Source: an uncultured bacterium (GTDB taxonomy: Bacteria; Actinomycetota; Coriobacteriia; Coriobacteriales; Coriobacteriaceae). Taken from it: a DNA stretch of 64,000 bases. The stretch covers positions 7,424-71,423 of the forward strand of contig CAJMRE010000003.1 in assembly GCA_905215755.1 (NCBI GenBank), read 5' to 3'. Positions 28,014 to 38,617 of this stretch are shown here, piece by piece (within the stretch, counting starts at the first letter, position 1; every line of letters starts with the position of its first letter). The notes beneath the pieces are model-generated. The model did no database searches, was not told where the DNA came from, and saw nothing but the letters and a program-made list of their open reading frames with translations. A program made the translations under genes and the position numbers.

Positions 28014-29206
28014 TGGCCTTTCAGACGACGTACAGCCCCGATGGCCGTCTGCGGGTTGCAATTTTGGGCTGTACGGGCTCTATTGGCACCCAGGCGCTCG
28101 ATGTTTGCCGTCAGCATGCCGACCGTCTGCAGGTGACGGCGCTTTCCGTTAATTCCAGTACCGCTGAGCTTGTTGCGTTTGCCCGTGAGTTTTCTGTTCC
28201 GGCCGTTGCCGTGGCCGACACCTCCCACGGCGCGGACGCTGTGCTGCAGGAGCTGCCCGAGGGCACCGAGCTCGGTGTTGGTGCGCAGGCAGTTTGTGAG
28301 CTCGCACGTCGCGATGACGTCGACTGTGTGCTTGTTGCCATTGTGGGCGCTGCCGGGCTTGAAGCGAGCCATGCGGCGCTGACCTCGAACAAGCGCCTTG
28401 CCCTCGCCAATAAGGAGTCGCTCGTCGTTGGCGGTGACTTGCTGATGCCGTTGGCGCAGCCGGGTCAGCTTATCCCGGTCGACTCCGAGCACTCCGCCAT
28501 CTACCAGTGCTATCTGGGGGAGAATCCGCGCGAGGCTCACTGCATTTGGCTCACTTGCTCGGGTGGTCCGTTCTTTGGTCGTACGCGCGACGAGCTCAAT
28601 CGCGTGACACGCGCCGATGCGCTGGCACATCCCACGTGGGCCATGGGCGCTAAGATCACCATCGACTCCGCGACTCTTATGAACAAGGGCCTGGAGCGTA
28701 TCGAGGCGATGCATCTGTTTGGTTGCGACCTCGACTTTATCAACGTGGTCGTTCAGCGTCAGTCAAAGATTCATTCGTTGGTCGAGTTTGCCGACGGCTC
28801 CGTGATGGCGCATCTCGGTGCGTCCGACATGCGCATTCCCATCCAGTTTGCCTTTTCGTATCCCGAGCGCTGGGATACTCCGGCGCCGCGAATCGATTTT
28901 CGTGAGTTGGGGCAGCTTACCTTCGACGCGGCCGATATGGACACGTTCCGCTGCCTGGCGCTGGCCGAGCGCGCCGGCAAGACGGGCGGCACCATGCCAT
29001 GCGTACTGAATGCCGCCAACGAAGTTGCTGTCGATGCCTTCCTGCACGATGCCTGCACCTTTACCGATATCGACCGCATCGTGGAGTCGTGCATGGATGC
29101 ACACGATACGCAGGCGGTCGCATCGTTTGAGCAGCTTCGCGATATCGATACGTGGGCTCGCGCCAAGGCCGCCGAGGTGCTTGCTGCAACCCGTTCCTCA
29201 TCGTAA
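28013..29206 (+). CDS. dxr: 1-deoxy-D-xylulose 5-phosphate reductoisomerase
   Basis: ILGCTGSIGTQALDV, LANKESLV, PVDSEHSAI and NKGLE. Confidence 0.92.
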   Translation: MAFQTTYSPDGRLRVAILGCTGSIGTQALDVCRQHADRLQVTALSVNSSTAELVAFAREFSVPAVAVADTSHGADAVLQELPEGTELGVGAQAVCELARRDDVDCVLVAIVGAAGLEASHAALTSNKRLALANKESLVVGGDLLMPLAQPGQLIPVDSEHSAIYQCYLGENPREAHCIWLTCSGGPFFGRTRDELNRVTRADALAHPTWAMGAKITIDSATLMNKGLERIEAMHLFGCDLDFINVVVQRQSKIHSLVEFADGSVMAHLGASDMRIPIQFAFSYPERWDTPAPRIDFRELGQLTFDAADMDTFRCLALAERAGKTGGTMPCVLNAANEVAVDAFLHDACTFTDIDRIVESCMDAHDTQAVASFEQLRDIDTWARAKAAEVLAATRSSS

Positions 29207-29223
29207 GGATTGCTTTTCGTTTT

Positions 29224-30585
29224 ATGGATACTGTTCTGAGTGTTCTTTCCTCGGTTTTTTGGGGCCTTTTGATGCTATCCGTCCTCGTGTTTCTGCATGA
29301 GGGCGGCCACTTTTTGGCGGCTCGTGCGTGCGGCGTGCGTGTCACCGAGTTTTTCTTGGGCCTGCCGTGCCGCTTCGACATTCACCATACGTCGCGTCGC
29401 ATCGGTACCAAGTTTGGCGTGACGCCGCTGCTGCTGGGTGGTTATGCCGCTATCTGCGGTATGGACCCGACCGATGCCTCGTGCGCCGACCGTGTGCTTG
29501 CGGCGATCTATCGTCATGGTCGCGTTTCGGTTGCAGATCTTTCCGTCGAGCTGGAGCTGCCCGAGGAGGATGTTCTCGAGGCTTGTGCCTTGCTTTTGGG
29601 CTGGGGTTCCATTGCGCCTTGGTACGAGGAAGGGGAGAAGCCTTCACCCAGCTACTATCCGGTTAGGTACCAGACGCTGCCGCGCGACGCTGCAGGATAT
29701 ACCACCTTTGACGGCCGCCGGTTTGATCGAGAGCATGCAACTGCCGAGGGCGATGTGTGGGAGCTGCCGGTAGCCGCTTCGGAGTTTCTTGAGCAGGAGC
29801 GTTCGCATACCTATCTGGGACAGGGTTTTCTCAAGCGTGCCTTTATGCTGCTCGCGGGTATTCTCGTCAATATTCTGACGGGTTTTTTGCTGCTTATGAG
29901 CATCTACTCTGTCGCCGGCGTATCGGTTCCGGTCGATAGCAATGTGATCGGTCAGGTCGACGAAGGCTCAACTGCTGCCAAGGCGGGCATCGAGGCCGGT
30001 GACGCAATTCTTTCGGTCGACGGCGTGTCCTGCTCTAGCTGGATGGATGTATATGATGCCATCGGCAAGGCTGCAGGTCAGGGCGATTTCGCCATTGAGT
30101 ACCAGCGCGGCGGCAAGAATCTTTCGACCTCGGTTGCGCTCAAGGAGGGCGAGCGTTTGGGCGTTTATGCCTCCACGCAAGTGGTCCATTTGGACCTCAT
30201 TACGTCGGCTCGCTTGTCGTTCTCCTATGTTCAGCAGACAGCTGAGGGCGTGATGCGCCTGCTGCAGCCGCAGCATACGATGGAGATACTCGATCAGTCC
30301 TCCTCGATTGTGGGCATCAGCGTCATGTCTTCACAGGCTGCTGCTGCCGGTCCTGCCACGTTCCTTTCGTTTGCCGCCCTCATTTCGTTCTCGCTTGGCT
30401 TTATGAACCTGCTGCCCATCCCACCGCTCGATGGCGGTAAGCTGGTTATCGAGATCATTCAAAAAATCGCGGGCCGCGAGCTTCCGCTCAAGGTCCAGAC
30501 GATTGTGAGCTATGTGGGCATCGCACTCTTTGCGCTGCTGTTTGTCTATATGCTTCGTTCCGACATCCTTCGATTTATTCTGTAG
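29224..30585 (+). CDS. rseP: RIP site-2 metalloprotease (M50, RseP/RasP family)
   Basis: HEGGHFLAARACG (HExxH), an internal PDZ-like segment and NLLPIPPLDGG. The ORF track starts at 29152, overlapping dxr. Confidence 0.86.
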   Translation: MDTVLSVLSSVFWGLLMLSVLVFLHEGGHFLAARACGVRVTEFFLGLPCRFDIHHTSRRIGTKFGVTPLLLGGYAAICGMDPTDASCADRVLAAIYRHGRVSVADLSVELELPEEDVLEACALLLGWGSIAPWYEEGEKPSPSYYPVRYQTLPRDAAGYTTFDGRRFDREHATAEGDVWELPVAASEFLEQERSHTYLGQGFLKRAFMLLAGILVNILTGFLLLMSIYSVAGVSVPVDSNVIGQVDEGSTAAKAGIEAGDAILSVDGVSCSSWMDVYDAIGKAAGQGDFAIEYQRGGKNLSTSVALKEGERLGVYASTQVVHLDLITSARLSFSYVQQTAEGVMRLLQPQHTMEILDQSSSIVGISVMSSQAAAAGPATFLSFAALISFSLGFMNLLPIPPLDGGKLVIEIIQKIAGRELPLKVQTIVSYVGIALFALLFVYMLRSDILRFIL

Positions 30586-30598
30586 GGGAGTGTTTGGA

Positions 30599-31681
30599 TT
30601 GTCTTTATCCCATCCTTTGCCGCGCGAGCTGACGCGCCCCGTGCATGTGGGCGGCGTGCAGATCGGTGGCGGCGCGCCGGTGGTGGTTCAGTCCATGACC
30701 TGCACCGATACCGCCGACGCCCAGGCAACGCTTGCGCAAGTGCGCGCGTTGGCGCAGGCTGGCTGCGATATCGTGCGCGTGAGCGTGCCCACCGAGGCCG
30801 CGCTTGAGGGTTTCCGCACGATTTGTGCCGAGTCTCCGGTGCCGATCGTTGCGGATATCCACTTTAATTACAAGCTGGCCATTGGCGCTGTGGAGGCCGG
30901 TGCCGCCAAGCTTCGCATCAATCCCGGCAATATCGGCGATTGGGCTAAGGTTGACGCGGTGATCGATGCTGCGGGTGCCGCGGGCTGTGCGATTCGTATC
31001 GGCGTCAATGCCGGTTCGCTTGAGCAGGATATCGCCGAGCGCGACGACCTTACGCAACCCGAAAAGCTCGTGATGTCGAGCGAGCGTTTCGTCAAACATT
31101 TTGAGGATCGCGGCTTTACCAATATCGTGCTTTCCGCCAAGGCGCATAGCGTGTCAACGACGCTCGACACCTATCGTGCCCTTTCGCGCGAAATCCCCCA
31201 TGTTCCACTTCACTTGGGCGTGACTGAGGCCGGGACCAAGCTCCAGGGCACCATTAAGAGCTCTGTGGGCTTGGGTATTCTGCTTTCCGAGGGCATTGGC
31301 GATACCATGCGCGTCTCGCTTACGGCCGATCCGGTCGAGGAGCCGCCGGTCGCCTGGGGTATCTTGCAGTCGCTCGGCCTTCGCCGCCGCGGTCCCGAGA
31401 TCGTCTCGTGCCCCACATGCGCTCGCTGCCAGGTCAACCTCATTCCTATCGCCGAGGAGGTCACCGAGCGGCTTAAGAACTACTCTGCGCCGCTTTCGAT
31501 TGCCGTGATGGGATGTGCGGTCAATGGCCCCGGCGAGGCCTCTGACGCCGACTTGGGCGTTGCCTGCGGACGAGGTCAGGGCCTGCTCTTTTCGCACGGC
31601 CAGATCATTGGTAAAGTAGCTGAGGACCAAATTGTCGACGCGCTTATGGCCGAGGTCGACAAGCTTATTGAGGAGAAATAA
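30599..31681 (+). CDS. ispG: 4-hydroxy-3-methylbut-2-en-1-yl diphosphate synthase
   Basis: VGGVQIGGGAPVVVQSMTCTDT, INPGNIG, VSCPTCARC and GCAVNGPGEA. TTG 30599 follows GGGGAG. GTG 30590 is an alternative start. Confidence 0.9.
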   Translation: MSLSHPLPRELTRPVHVGGVQIGGGAPVVVQSMTCTDTADAQATLAQVRALAQAGCDIVRVSVPTEAALEGFRTICAESPVPIVADIHFNYKLAIGAVEAGAAKLRINPGNIGDWAKVDAVIDAAGAAGCAIRIGVNAGSLEQDIAERDDLTQPEKLVMSSERFVKHFEDRGFTNIVLSAKAHSVSTTLDTYRALSREIPHVPLHLGVTEAGTKLQGTIKSSVGLGILLSEGIGDTMRVSLTADPVEEPPVAWGILQSLGLRRRGPEIVSCPTCARCQVNLIPIAEEVTERLKNYSAPLSIAVMGCAVNGPGEASDADLGVACGRGQGLLFSHGQIIGKVAEDQIVDALMAEVDKLIEEK

Positions 31682-33403
<1,722 letters not shown>

Positions 33404-33434
33404 TTGGCCCCGCTGCGTTGAGCGCGCTTTCGAA

Positions 33435-33476
33435 GCGGCTCTGCGTCTCTCGAGGGAGAGGCGTAGGGCCGCTTTT
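33435..33476 (+). terminator. Terminator after proS
   Basis: gcggctctgcgtctc [loop] gaggcgtagggccgc (15 bp with three G-U pairs), followed by tttt. Confidence 0.65.
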
Positions 33477-33501
33477 GCGTCTAAGAATCTTTAGTAGCTA
33501 A

Positions 33502-33543
33502 AAGGAAAACCCCACAGCCCAAATGAGCTGAGGGGTTTTCCTT
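33502..33543 (-). terminator. Hairpin terminator downstream of the - strand kinase gene
   Basis: aaggaaaacccc [18-nt loop] ggggttttcctt is a perfect 12-bp stem. On the - strand it is followed by tttag, so the U-tract is short (3 T). Confidence 0.7.
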
Positions 33544-33575
33544 GTGCCTCCGATGCGAAATAAATCGCTCAGATA

Positions 33576-34340
33576 TTACTGATAATCGACGACGTCGATC
33601 CAGTTCTTAAGGAACTCATCGTTCACGTTGCGCTTACGAGCGAGCTCGGAAGCGGCGACGATGCTCGTCCACTGACGCACGACCTGCATGGGCATGTCGG
33701 CGCGGTCGCAGTAGAGCTCTAGGTAGGCCTCGGCCTGATCCTTGCTGTTGAGGGCAAAGAGCAGGTAGGTGGTGGCAACGTCGGCAGCAGGGGAGCCCTG
33801 GGTGGCATGTGCCCAGTCGCAGACGTACAGCTGGCCGTCCTCGCCGACGATGACGTTGGAGGGGTTGAAATCGCCGTGGCAGACCTTGAACTCCTTGGTC
33901 ATGCCGTCCAGACGCTCCTGAAGGTTGTAGCGCGTAGTGGCATTGAGCTGATCGAGGCTGTCGATCATGCGGGCGAACTTATCGCGCTGACGGTTGAGCA
34001 GCGGGGAGGTGTAGCCGTGGATCTCGATCTGGAGGTCGACGAACATCTCGAGGTACTCACCAAAGCGCTGGGGCTCGGCAGTCATCTTCTCGGCAAGCGT
34101 GGTGCCCGGAACCTTCTCGGTCACGAGCGCCCAGCCGTTGGCGTTCTCGAGCTGAGAAACCTCGAGAGCCTTGGGGCTGCGGATGCCGCACTCGTTGATG
34201 CGGGCAAGATTCAAAGCCTCGTTGAACACGTCGGAGACGGGCTTGGTCTCGTTAAAGACCTTGACGATCTTGTCGCCCAGGTCGTAAACGACCTTGTTGC
34301 CGCGACGGACGAGCTCGGTCTTGGAATCGGGGAGCAGCAT
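33576..34340 (-). CDS. Small APH/choline-kinase-fold phosphotransferase of unknown substrate
   Basis: Brenner-type catalytic loop VCHGDFNPSNVIV followed by YVCDWAHA. N-lobe Lys in KIVKVF. AAAGGA RBS. Confidence 0.7.
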   Translation of the reverse strand: MLLPDSKTELVRRGNKVVYDLGDKIVKVFNETKPVSDVFNEALNLARINECGIRSPKALEVSQLENANGWALVTEKVPGTTLAEKMTAEPQRFGEYLEMFVDLQIEIHGYTSPLLNRQRDKFARMIDSLDQLNATTRYNLQERLDGMTKEFKVCHGDFNPSNVIVGEDGQLYVCDWAHATQGSPAADVATTYLLFALNSKDQAEAYLELYCDRADMPMQVVRQWTSIVAASELARKRNVNDEFLKNWIDVVDYQ

Positions 34341-34374
34341 GATTGCATCCTTTCAACGATGCGATAGAAGCAAC

Positions 34375-34408
34375 GGCGGGGGCGTGCGTACACCCGTGCA
34401 CCCCCGCC
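34375..34408 (-). terminator. GC-rich hairpin downstream of adhE (terminator-like, no clear U-tract)
   Basis: ggcggggg ... cccccgcc with additional inner pairs. Lies between the adhE stop (34428) and the kinase start (34340). Confidence 0.4.
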
Positions 34409-34427
34409 GCAAATAACCGTGCTAAAA

Positions 34428-37076
34428 CTAGCAGACGGCGTAGTCCTGGGGCTCGCGGCCGTAGTAGGCGTCCAGGTAGAGCTCCTTGATCTCGCTCATG
34501 AGCGGGTAGCGCGGGTTAGCGCCGGTGCACTGGTCGTTGAATGCCTGCTCGGTCATCTCGTCGAGGGTGTCGAGGAAGTACTGCTCGTCAACACCGTAGT
34601 CGGCGATGGTCTTCTTGACGCCGATGAAGTCCTTGAGCTCCTCGAGCTTCGTGATGAAGTTCTCGAAGACCTCCTTGTCGTCCTTGCCCTCGATGCCGCA
34701 GTACTTGGCCATCTCGGCGTAGTTGTGCAGCGCGTTGGGGTAAGGATACTGGGAGAAGGTACCCATCTTGACGGGAGCCTCGGCGGCGTTGTAGCGCATG
34801 ACGCGAGTCAGGATGACGGCGTTGGCGAGGCCGTGGGGCAGGTGATGGAAGGCGCCGAGCTTGTGAGCCATGGAGTGGTTGAGGCCCAGGAAGGCGTTGG
34901 CGAAGGCCATACCGGCCATGCAAGAGGCGTTGTGCATCTCCTCGCGGGCATGCGGGTCCTTGGCGCCGTTCGTGAAGCTGGAGGGCAGGTTCTCGAAGAC
35001 GAGCTTAGCAGCGCGCTCGGAGAGGCCCTTGGTGTAGTCGGAAGCCATGATGGAGACGTAGGACTCGATGGCGTGGGTCATGACGTCGATGCCGGAGGCA
35101 GCGGTCAGGCCGCGCGGAGCGGTCATGCAGTTGTCGGCGTCGACGATAGCCATGTTGGGGAGCAGCGCGTAGTCGGCGAGCGGCCACTTGATGCCGGTCT
35201 CCTTGTCGGTGATGATGGCGAACGGCGTGCACTCGGAGCCGGTACCCGAAGAGGTCGGGACGGCGACGAAGTAGGCCTTCTTGCCCATCTCGGGGAAGGT
35301 GAAGATACGCTTGCGGATGTCCATGAAGTCCATGGCCATGTCCTCAAACTTGCACTCGGGGTGCTCGTACATCATCCACATGATCTTGCCGGCGTCCATA
35401 GCGGAGCCACCGCCGACGGCGATGATGACGTCCGGCTCAAAGAGAGCCATCTGCTTGGCACCGCGACGTGCGCACTGCAGCGACGGATCGGGCTCGACGT
35501 CATAGAAGCAGTCGTGGGCGATGCCCATCTCGTCGAGCTTGGCCTCGATGGCGCGGGTGTTGCCATTCTTGAAGAGGAACTGGTCGGTGACGATGAAGGC
35601 GCGCTTCTTGCCCATGACGTTGCCCAGCTCGTCGAGGGCGACGGGCGTGGAACCCTTCTTGAAGTAGACCTTCTCGGGAGCGCGGAACCACAGCATGTTC
35701 TCACGGCGCTCGGCCACAGTCTTAACGTTGATCAAGTGCTTCACCCCAACGTTCTCGGAGACGGAGTTGCCGCCCCAGGAGCCGCAGCCCAGGGTCAGAG
35801 ACGGCTTCATGCCAAAGTTGTACAGGTCACCGATGCCGCCGTGCGAGGACGGGGTGTTGATGACGATACGGCAGGCTTTCATGACGTGCTCGAACAGGCT
35901 GATCTTCTCGGCCTGAGCGGGGTGCACATACAGAGAGGCGGTGTGGCCCGGGCCACCGGCGAGCACCAGGTGCTCGGCCTTGTCGACGGCCTCCTGGAAG
36001 TCCTTGGCGTGGTACATGGCCAGGACCGGGGAGAGCTTCTCGTGGGAGAACTCCTCCTTGGCGGGGTCGGTGGAGGTGACCTCGGCGATCAGGATCTTGG
36101 TCTTGGCGGGAACCTCGATGCCGGCGAGCTCGGCGATCTTGGCGGCAGCCATGCCGGGGATGCGGTGATCGAGGGCGCCGTTCTTGAACATGGCGGCACG
36201 CAGGGCCTCCATCTCGGCACCCTGCTTGACGAAGTAGCAGCCGCGCTTCTGGAACTCGGCCTTAACCTGGTCATAGATGGTGTCGATGACGGTCACGGAC
36301 TGCTCGGAAGCGCAGATCATGCCGTTGTCGAAGGTCTTGGAGTGGATGATGGAGTTGACGGCGAGCAGCACATCGGCGGTGTCGTCGATGATGACCGGGG
36401 TGTTACCGGCGCCAACGCCCAGGGCGGGCTTGCCCGAGGAGTAAGCGGCCTTGACCATGCCCGGGCCACCGGTGGCGAGGATGATGTCGACGTCGCGCAT
36501 GACCATGTTGGTCAGCTCGATGGAGGGGACATCGACCCAGCCGATGATGCCCTCGGGGGCGCCGGCCTTGACGGCGGCGTCAAGCACGAGCTTGGCGGCG
36601 GCGATGGTGCACTTGGCGGCTGCCGGGTGCGGGGAGATGATGATGCCGTTGCGGGTCTTCAGGCTGATCAGCGTCTTGAAGATCGCGGTGGAGGTGGGGT
36701 TGGTCGTCGGGATGACGGCGCCCACGATGCCGATGGGCTCGGCGATCTTGGTGATGCCGTAAGCCTCGTCGCGCTCCAGGACACCACAGGTCTTGGTGTT
36801 CTTGTAAGCGTTGTAGATGTACTCTGCGGCGTAGTGGTTCTTGATGACCTTATCCTCAAGAACGCCGCGGCCGGTCTCCTCGATGGCCATCTTCGCCAAC
36901 GGGATACGAGCCTTGTTGGCGGCCATGGCGGCCTCATAGAAGATCTTGTCGACCTGCTCCTGCGTGTACGTAGCAAAAAGCGCCTGGGCCTCTCGCATCT
37001 GAGCGAGCTTAGCCTCAAGCGCCTCTACGTTGTCCACAATTGCGGGAGTAGTGTTTTCCGGTGACTTTTTCACCAT
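34428..37076 (-). CDS. adhE: Bifunctional acetaldehyde-CoA / alcohol dehydrogenase
   Basis: 882 aa. N-terminal ALDH domain and C-terminal Fe-ADH domain (GGGSAMDAGK, HSMAHKLGAFHHLPHG). AAGGAG RBS. Confidence 0.94.
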   Translation of the reverse strand: MVKKSPENTTPAIVDNVEALEAKLAQMREAQALFATYTQEQVDKIFYEAAMAANKARIPLAKMAIEETGRGVLEDKVIKNHYAAEYIYNAYKNTKTCGVLERDEAYGITKIAEPIGIVGAVIPTTNPTSTAIFKTLISLKTRNGIIISPHPAAAKCTIAAAKLVLDAAVKAGAPEGIIGWVDVPSIELTNMVMRDVDIILATGGPGMVKAAYSSGKPALGVGAGNTPVIIDDTADVLLAVNSIIHSKTFDNGMICASEQSVTVIDTIYDQVKAEFQKRGCYFVKQGAEMEALRAAMFKNGALDHRIPGMAAAKIAELAGIEVPAKTKILIAEVTSTDPAKEEFSHEKLSPVLAMYHAKDFQEAVDKAEHLVLAGGPGHTASLYVHPAQAEKISLFEHVMKACRIVINTPSSHGGIGDLYNFGMKPSLTLGCGSWGGNSVSENVGVKHLINVKTVAERRENMLWFRAPEKVYFKKGSTPVALDELGNVMGKKRAFIVTDQFLFKNGNTRAIEAKLDEMGIAHDCFYDVEPDPSLQCARRGAKQMALFEPDVIIAVGGGSAMDAGKIMWMMYEHPECKFEDMAMDFMDIRKRIFTFPEMGKKAYFVAVPTSSGTGSECTPFAIITDKETGIKWPLADYALLPNMAIVDADNCMTAPRGLTAASGIDVMTHAIESYVSIMASDYTKGLSERAAKLVFENLPSSFTNGAKDPHAREEMHNASCMAGMAFANAFLGLNHSMAHKLGAFHHLPHGLANAVILTRVMRYNAAEAPVKMGTFSQYPYPNALHNYAEMAKYCGIEGKDDKEVFENFITKLEELKDFIGVKKTIADYGVDEQYFLDTLDEMTEQAFNDQCTGANPRYPLMSEIKELYLDAYYGREPQDYAVC

Positions 37077-37116
37077 TTGTGTCTCCTTGCGATCGGAGAT
37101 TTACCCTACGCCTTGC

Positions 37117-37125
37117 ATGATAGCA
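37117..37125 (-). promoter_or_regulatory. Extended -10 TGCTATCAT (- strand) for adhE
   Basis: The - strand reads ttcttGCTATCATgcaagg. Implies a leader of about 34 nt containing AAGGAG. Confidence 0.5.
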
Positions 37126-37168
37126 AGAAATTATTCGGCGAACGGTCAGATTCCTCTAAAAGGCACAC

Positions 37169-37198
37169 TAAAACGCTTCAATAAAATGAAACGTTTTA
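37169..37198. promoter_or_regulatory. Two operator-like half-palindromes, TAAAACGCTTCA and TGAAACGTTTTA, upstream of adhE
   Basis: Sites at 37169-37180 and 37187-37198, centres 18 bp apart. Together they form AAAACGCTTC-N8-GAAACGTTTT (9/10 inverted repeat) with an AAnCGnTT core. Confidence 0.4.
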
Positions 37199-37228
37199 AG
37201 CAAACTAATTGCCAGTGCATCGCCTCGT

Positions 37229-37284
37229 TCATTGGGGATCGACTTATATGAGCGCTTTCACTCATGTAAGTCTGTCCCCAATGA
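37229..37284. other. 56-nt extended imperfect hairpin in the adhE/rpmB intergenic region
   Basis: tcattgggga|tc|gactta|t|atgag|cgctttca|ctcat|g|taagtc|tg|tccccaatga, giving 10+6+5 bp of stem. Confidence 0.5.
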
Positions 37285-37288
37285 GTGC

Positions 37289-37321
37289 AAAAAGGCGCCC
37301 TCCGTAGGGGAGGACGCCTTT
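37289..37321 (-). terminator. Rho-independent terminator of rpmB (- strand)
   Basis: The - strand reads aaaggcgtcctcccctacggagggcgcc followed by tttttgc. The stem is 10 bp with one mismatch. Confidence 0.75.
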
Positions 37322-37389
37322 GGTAAGTTCTATTTGAACGCGAGGTCTTTGACCCGGAGAGTCCGAGGTACTTGTTGGTAAGACCTTAT

Positions 37390-37578
37390 TTAGGAGCGCG
37401 CAACCTTGCCGGACTTGAGGCAGGTGGAGCAAACGTTCATCTTGCGACGGTGACCATCGACGACGACGTAGACGCGCTGGATGTTGGGGCGGAACTTACG
37501 GTTGGTGACGCGGTGAGAGTGGCTGATGGAGCGACCGGCAACGGGGTGCTTACCGCAAACTTCGCAAACTTTGGACAT
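37390..37578 (-). CDS. rpmB: 50S ribosomal protein L28
   Basis: MSKVCEVCGKHPVAGRSISHSHRVTNRKFRPN from ATG 37578, with GGAGGG 6 nt upstream. The ORF track extends to 37626. Confidence 0.9.
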   Translation of the reverse strand: MSKVCEVCGKHPVAGRSISHSHRVTNRKFRPNIQRVYVVVDGHRRKMNVCSTCLKSGKVARS

Positions 37579-37632
37579 AACTGACCCTCCTTGGGCGACA
37601 AACGAACATGTCGCGTTAACAAACAAGCCTGA

Positions 37633-37641
37633 ACTATAGCA
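37633..37641 (-). promoter_or_regulatory. Extended -10 TGCTATAGT (- strand) for rpmB
   Basis: Forward strand actatagca. Its 3' end is 54 nt upstream of the rpmB ATG (leader about 48 nt). Identical 9-mer at rpsT. Confidence 0.45.
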
Positions 37642-37922
37642 CAGAAGCAGCTCCCTGTGCGTAATCTACACAGAGATATTTCTCTTTTGGCGATAGTGCT
37701 CACGCCACGGCCCTGGACGTAGATCCGATTTGCGTGCAGCAGAGGGGATTATGCCAGCTCGTGCGTACGTTTTCAAGCTCGTCCACAAATATATATAGGT
37801 TTATTGAGCGTTGGGCACCGTTTACGGATTGCCCTGTATTTATGCTCGCAATTAAGCTCGAGGTTGGCTACACTATCCCTTGACCATTAAAGGGGTACGA
37901 GATACCCACATGGAATTACATA

Positions 37923-37989
37923 GCTGCCAAAGAGCAGCCCTTCCTGTGGGTGTCTGGTCCGCTTTGAGCGGTCGGGCATTTATTTTTTT
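37923..37989 (+). promoter_or_regulatory. pyr leader: candidate PyrR-binding hairpin (37923-37938) plus a terminator-like hairpin with U-tract (about 37949-37989)
   Basis: The gctg CCAAAGAG cagc loop resembles the PyrR box core CCAGAGAGG. A wobble-rich stem gtgtctgg(t)ccgc/gcggtcgggcat is followed by ttatttttttg. CCTTCC at 37939-37944 is complementary to the GGAAGG RBS. Confidence 0.35.
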
Positions 37990-38016
37990 GACTGTGTCAG
38001 CAGTCAAGACATGTGA

Positions 38017-38613
<597 letters not shown>

Positions 38614-38617
38614 TACC

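Noticed and set aside
34419-37064. An 881-aa + strand ORF covering almost the whole adhE locus. Similar very long antisense ORFs occur at 1046-3367, 9598-12165, 13802-16117, 23161-24714, 31154-33067, 56335-58869 and 60073-61707.
   Set aside because: These are shadow ORFs opposite strongly GC3-biased genes. Their products are G/A/V/L/D/H/R-rich low-complexity strings with no recognisable motifs and no RBS. The opposite strand encodes unmistakable conserved proteins.
37077-37300. A Rex (redox repressor) operator TGTGAA-N6-TTCACA upstream of adhE.
   Set aside because: No such site is present. The TTCA-N6-TGAA element at 37177-37190 has the opposite half-site polarity.
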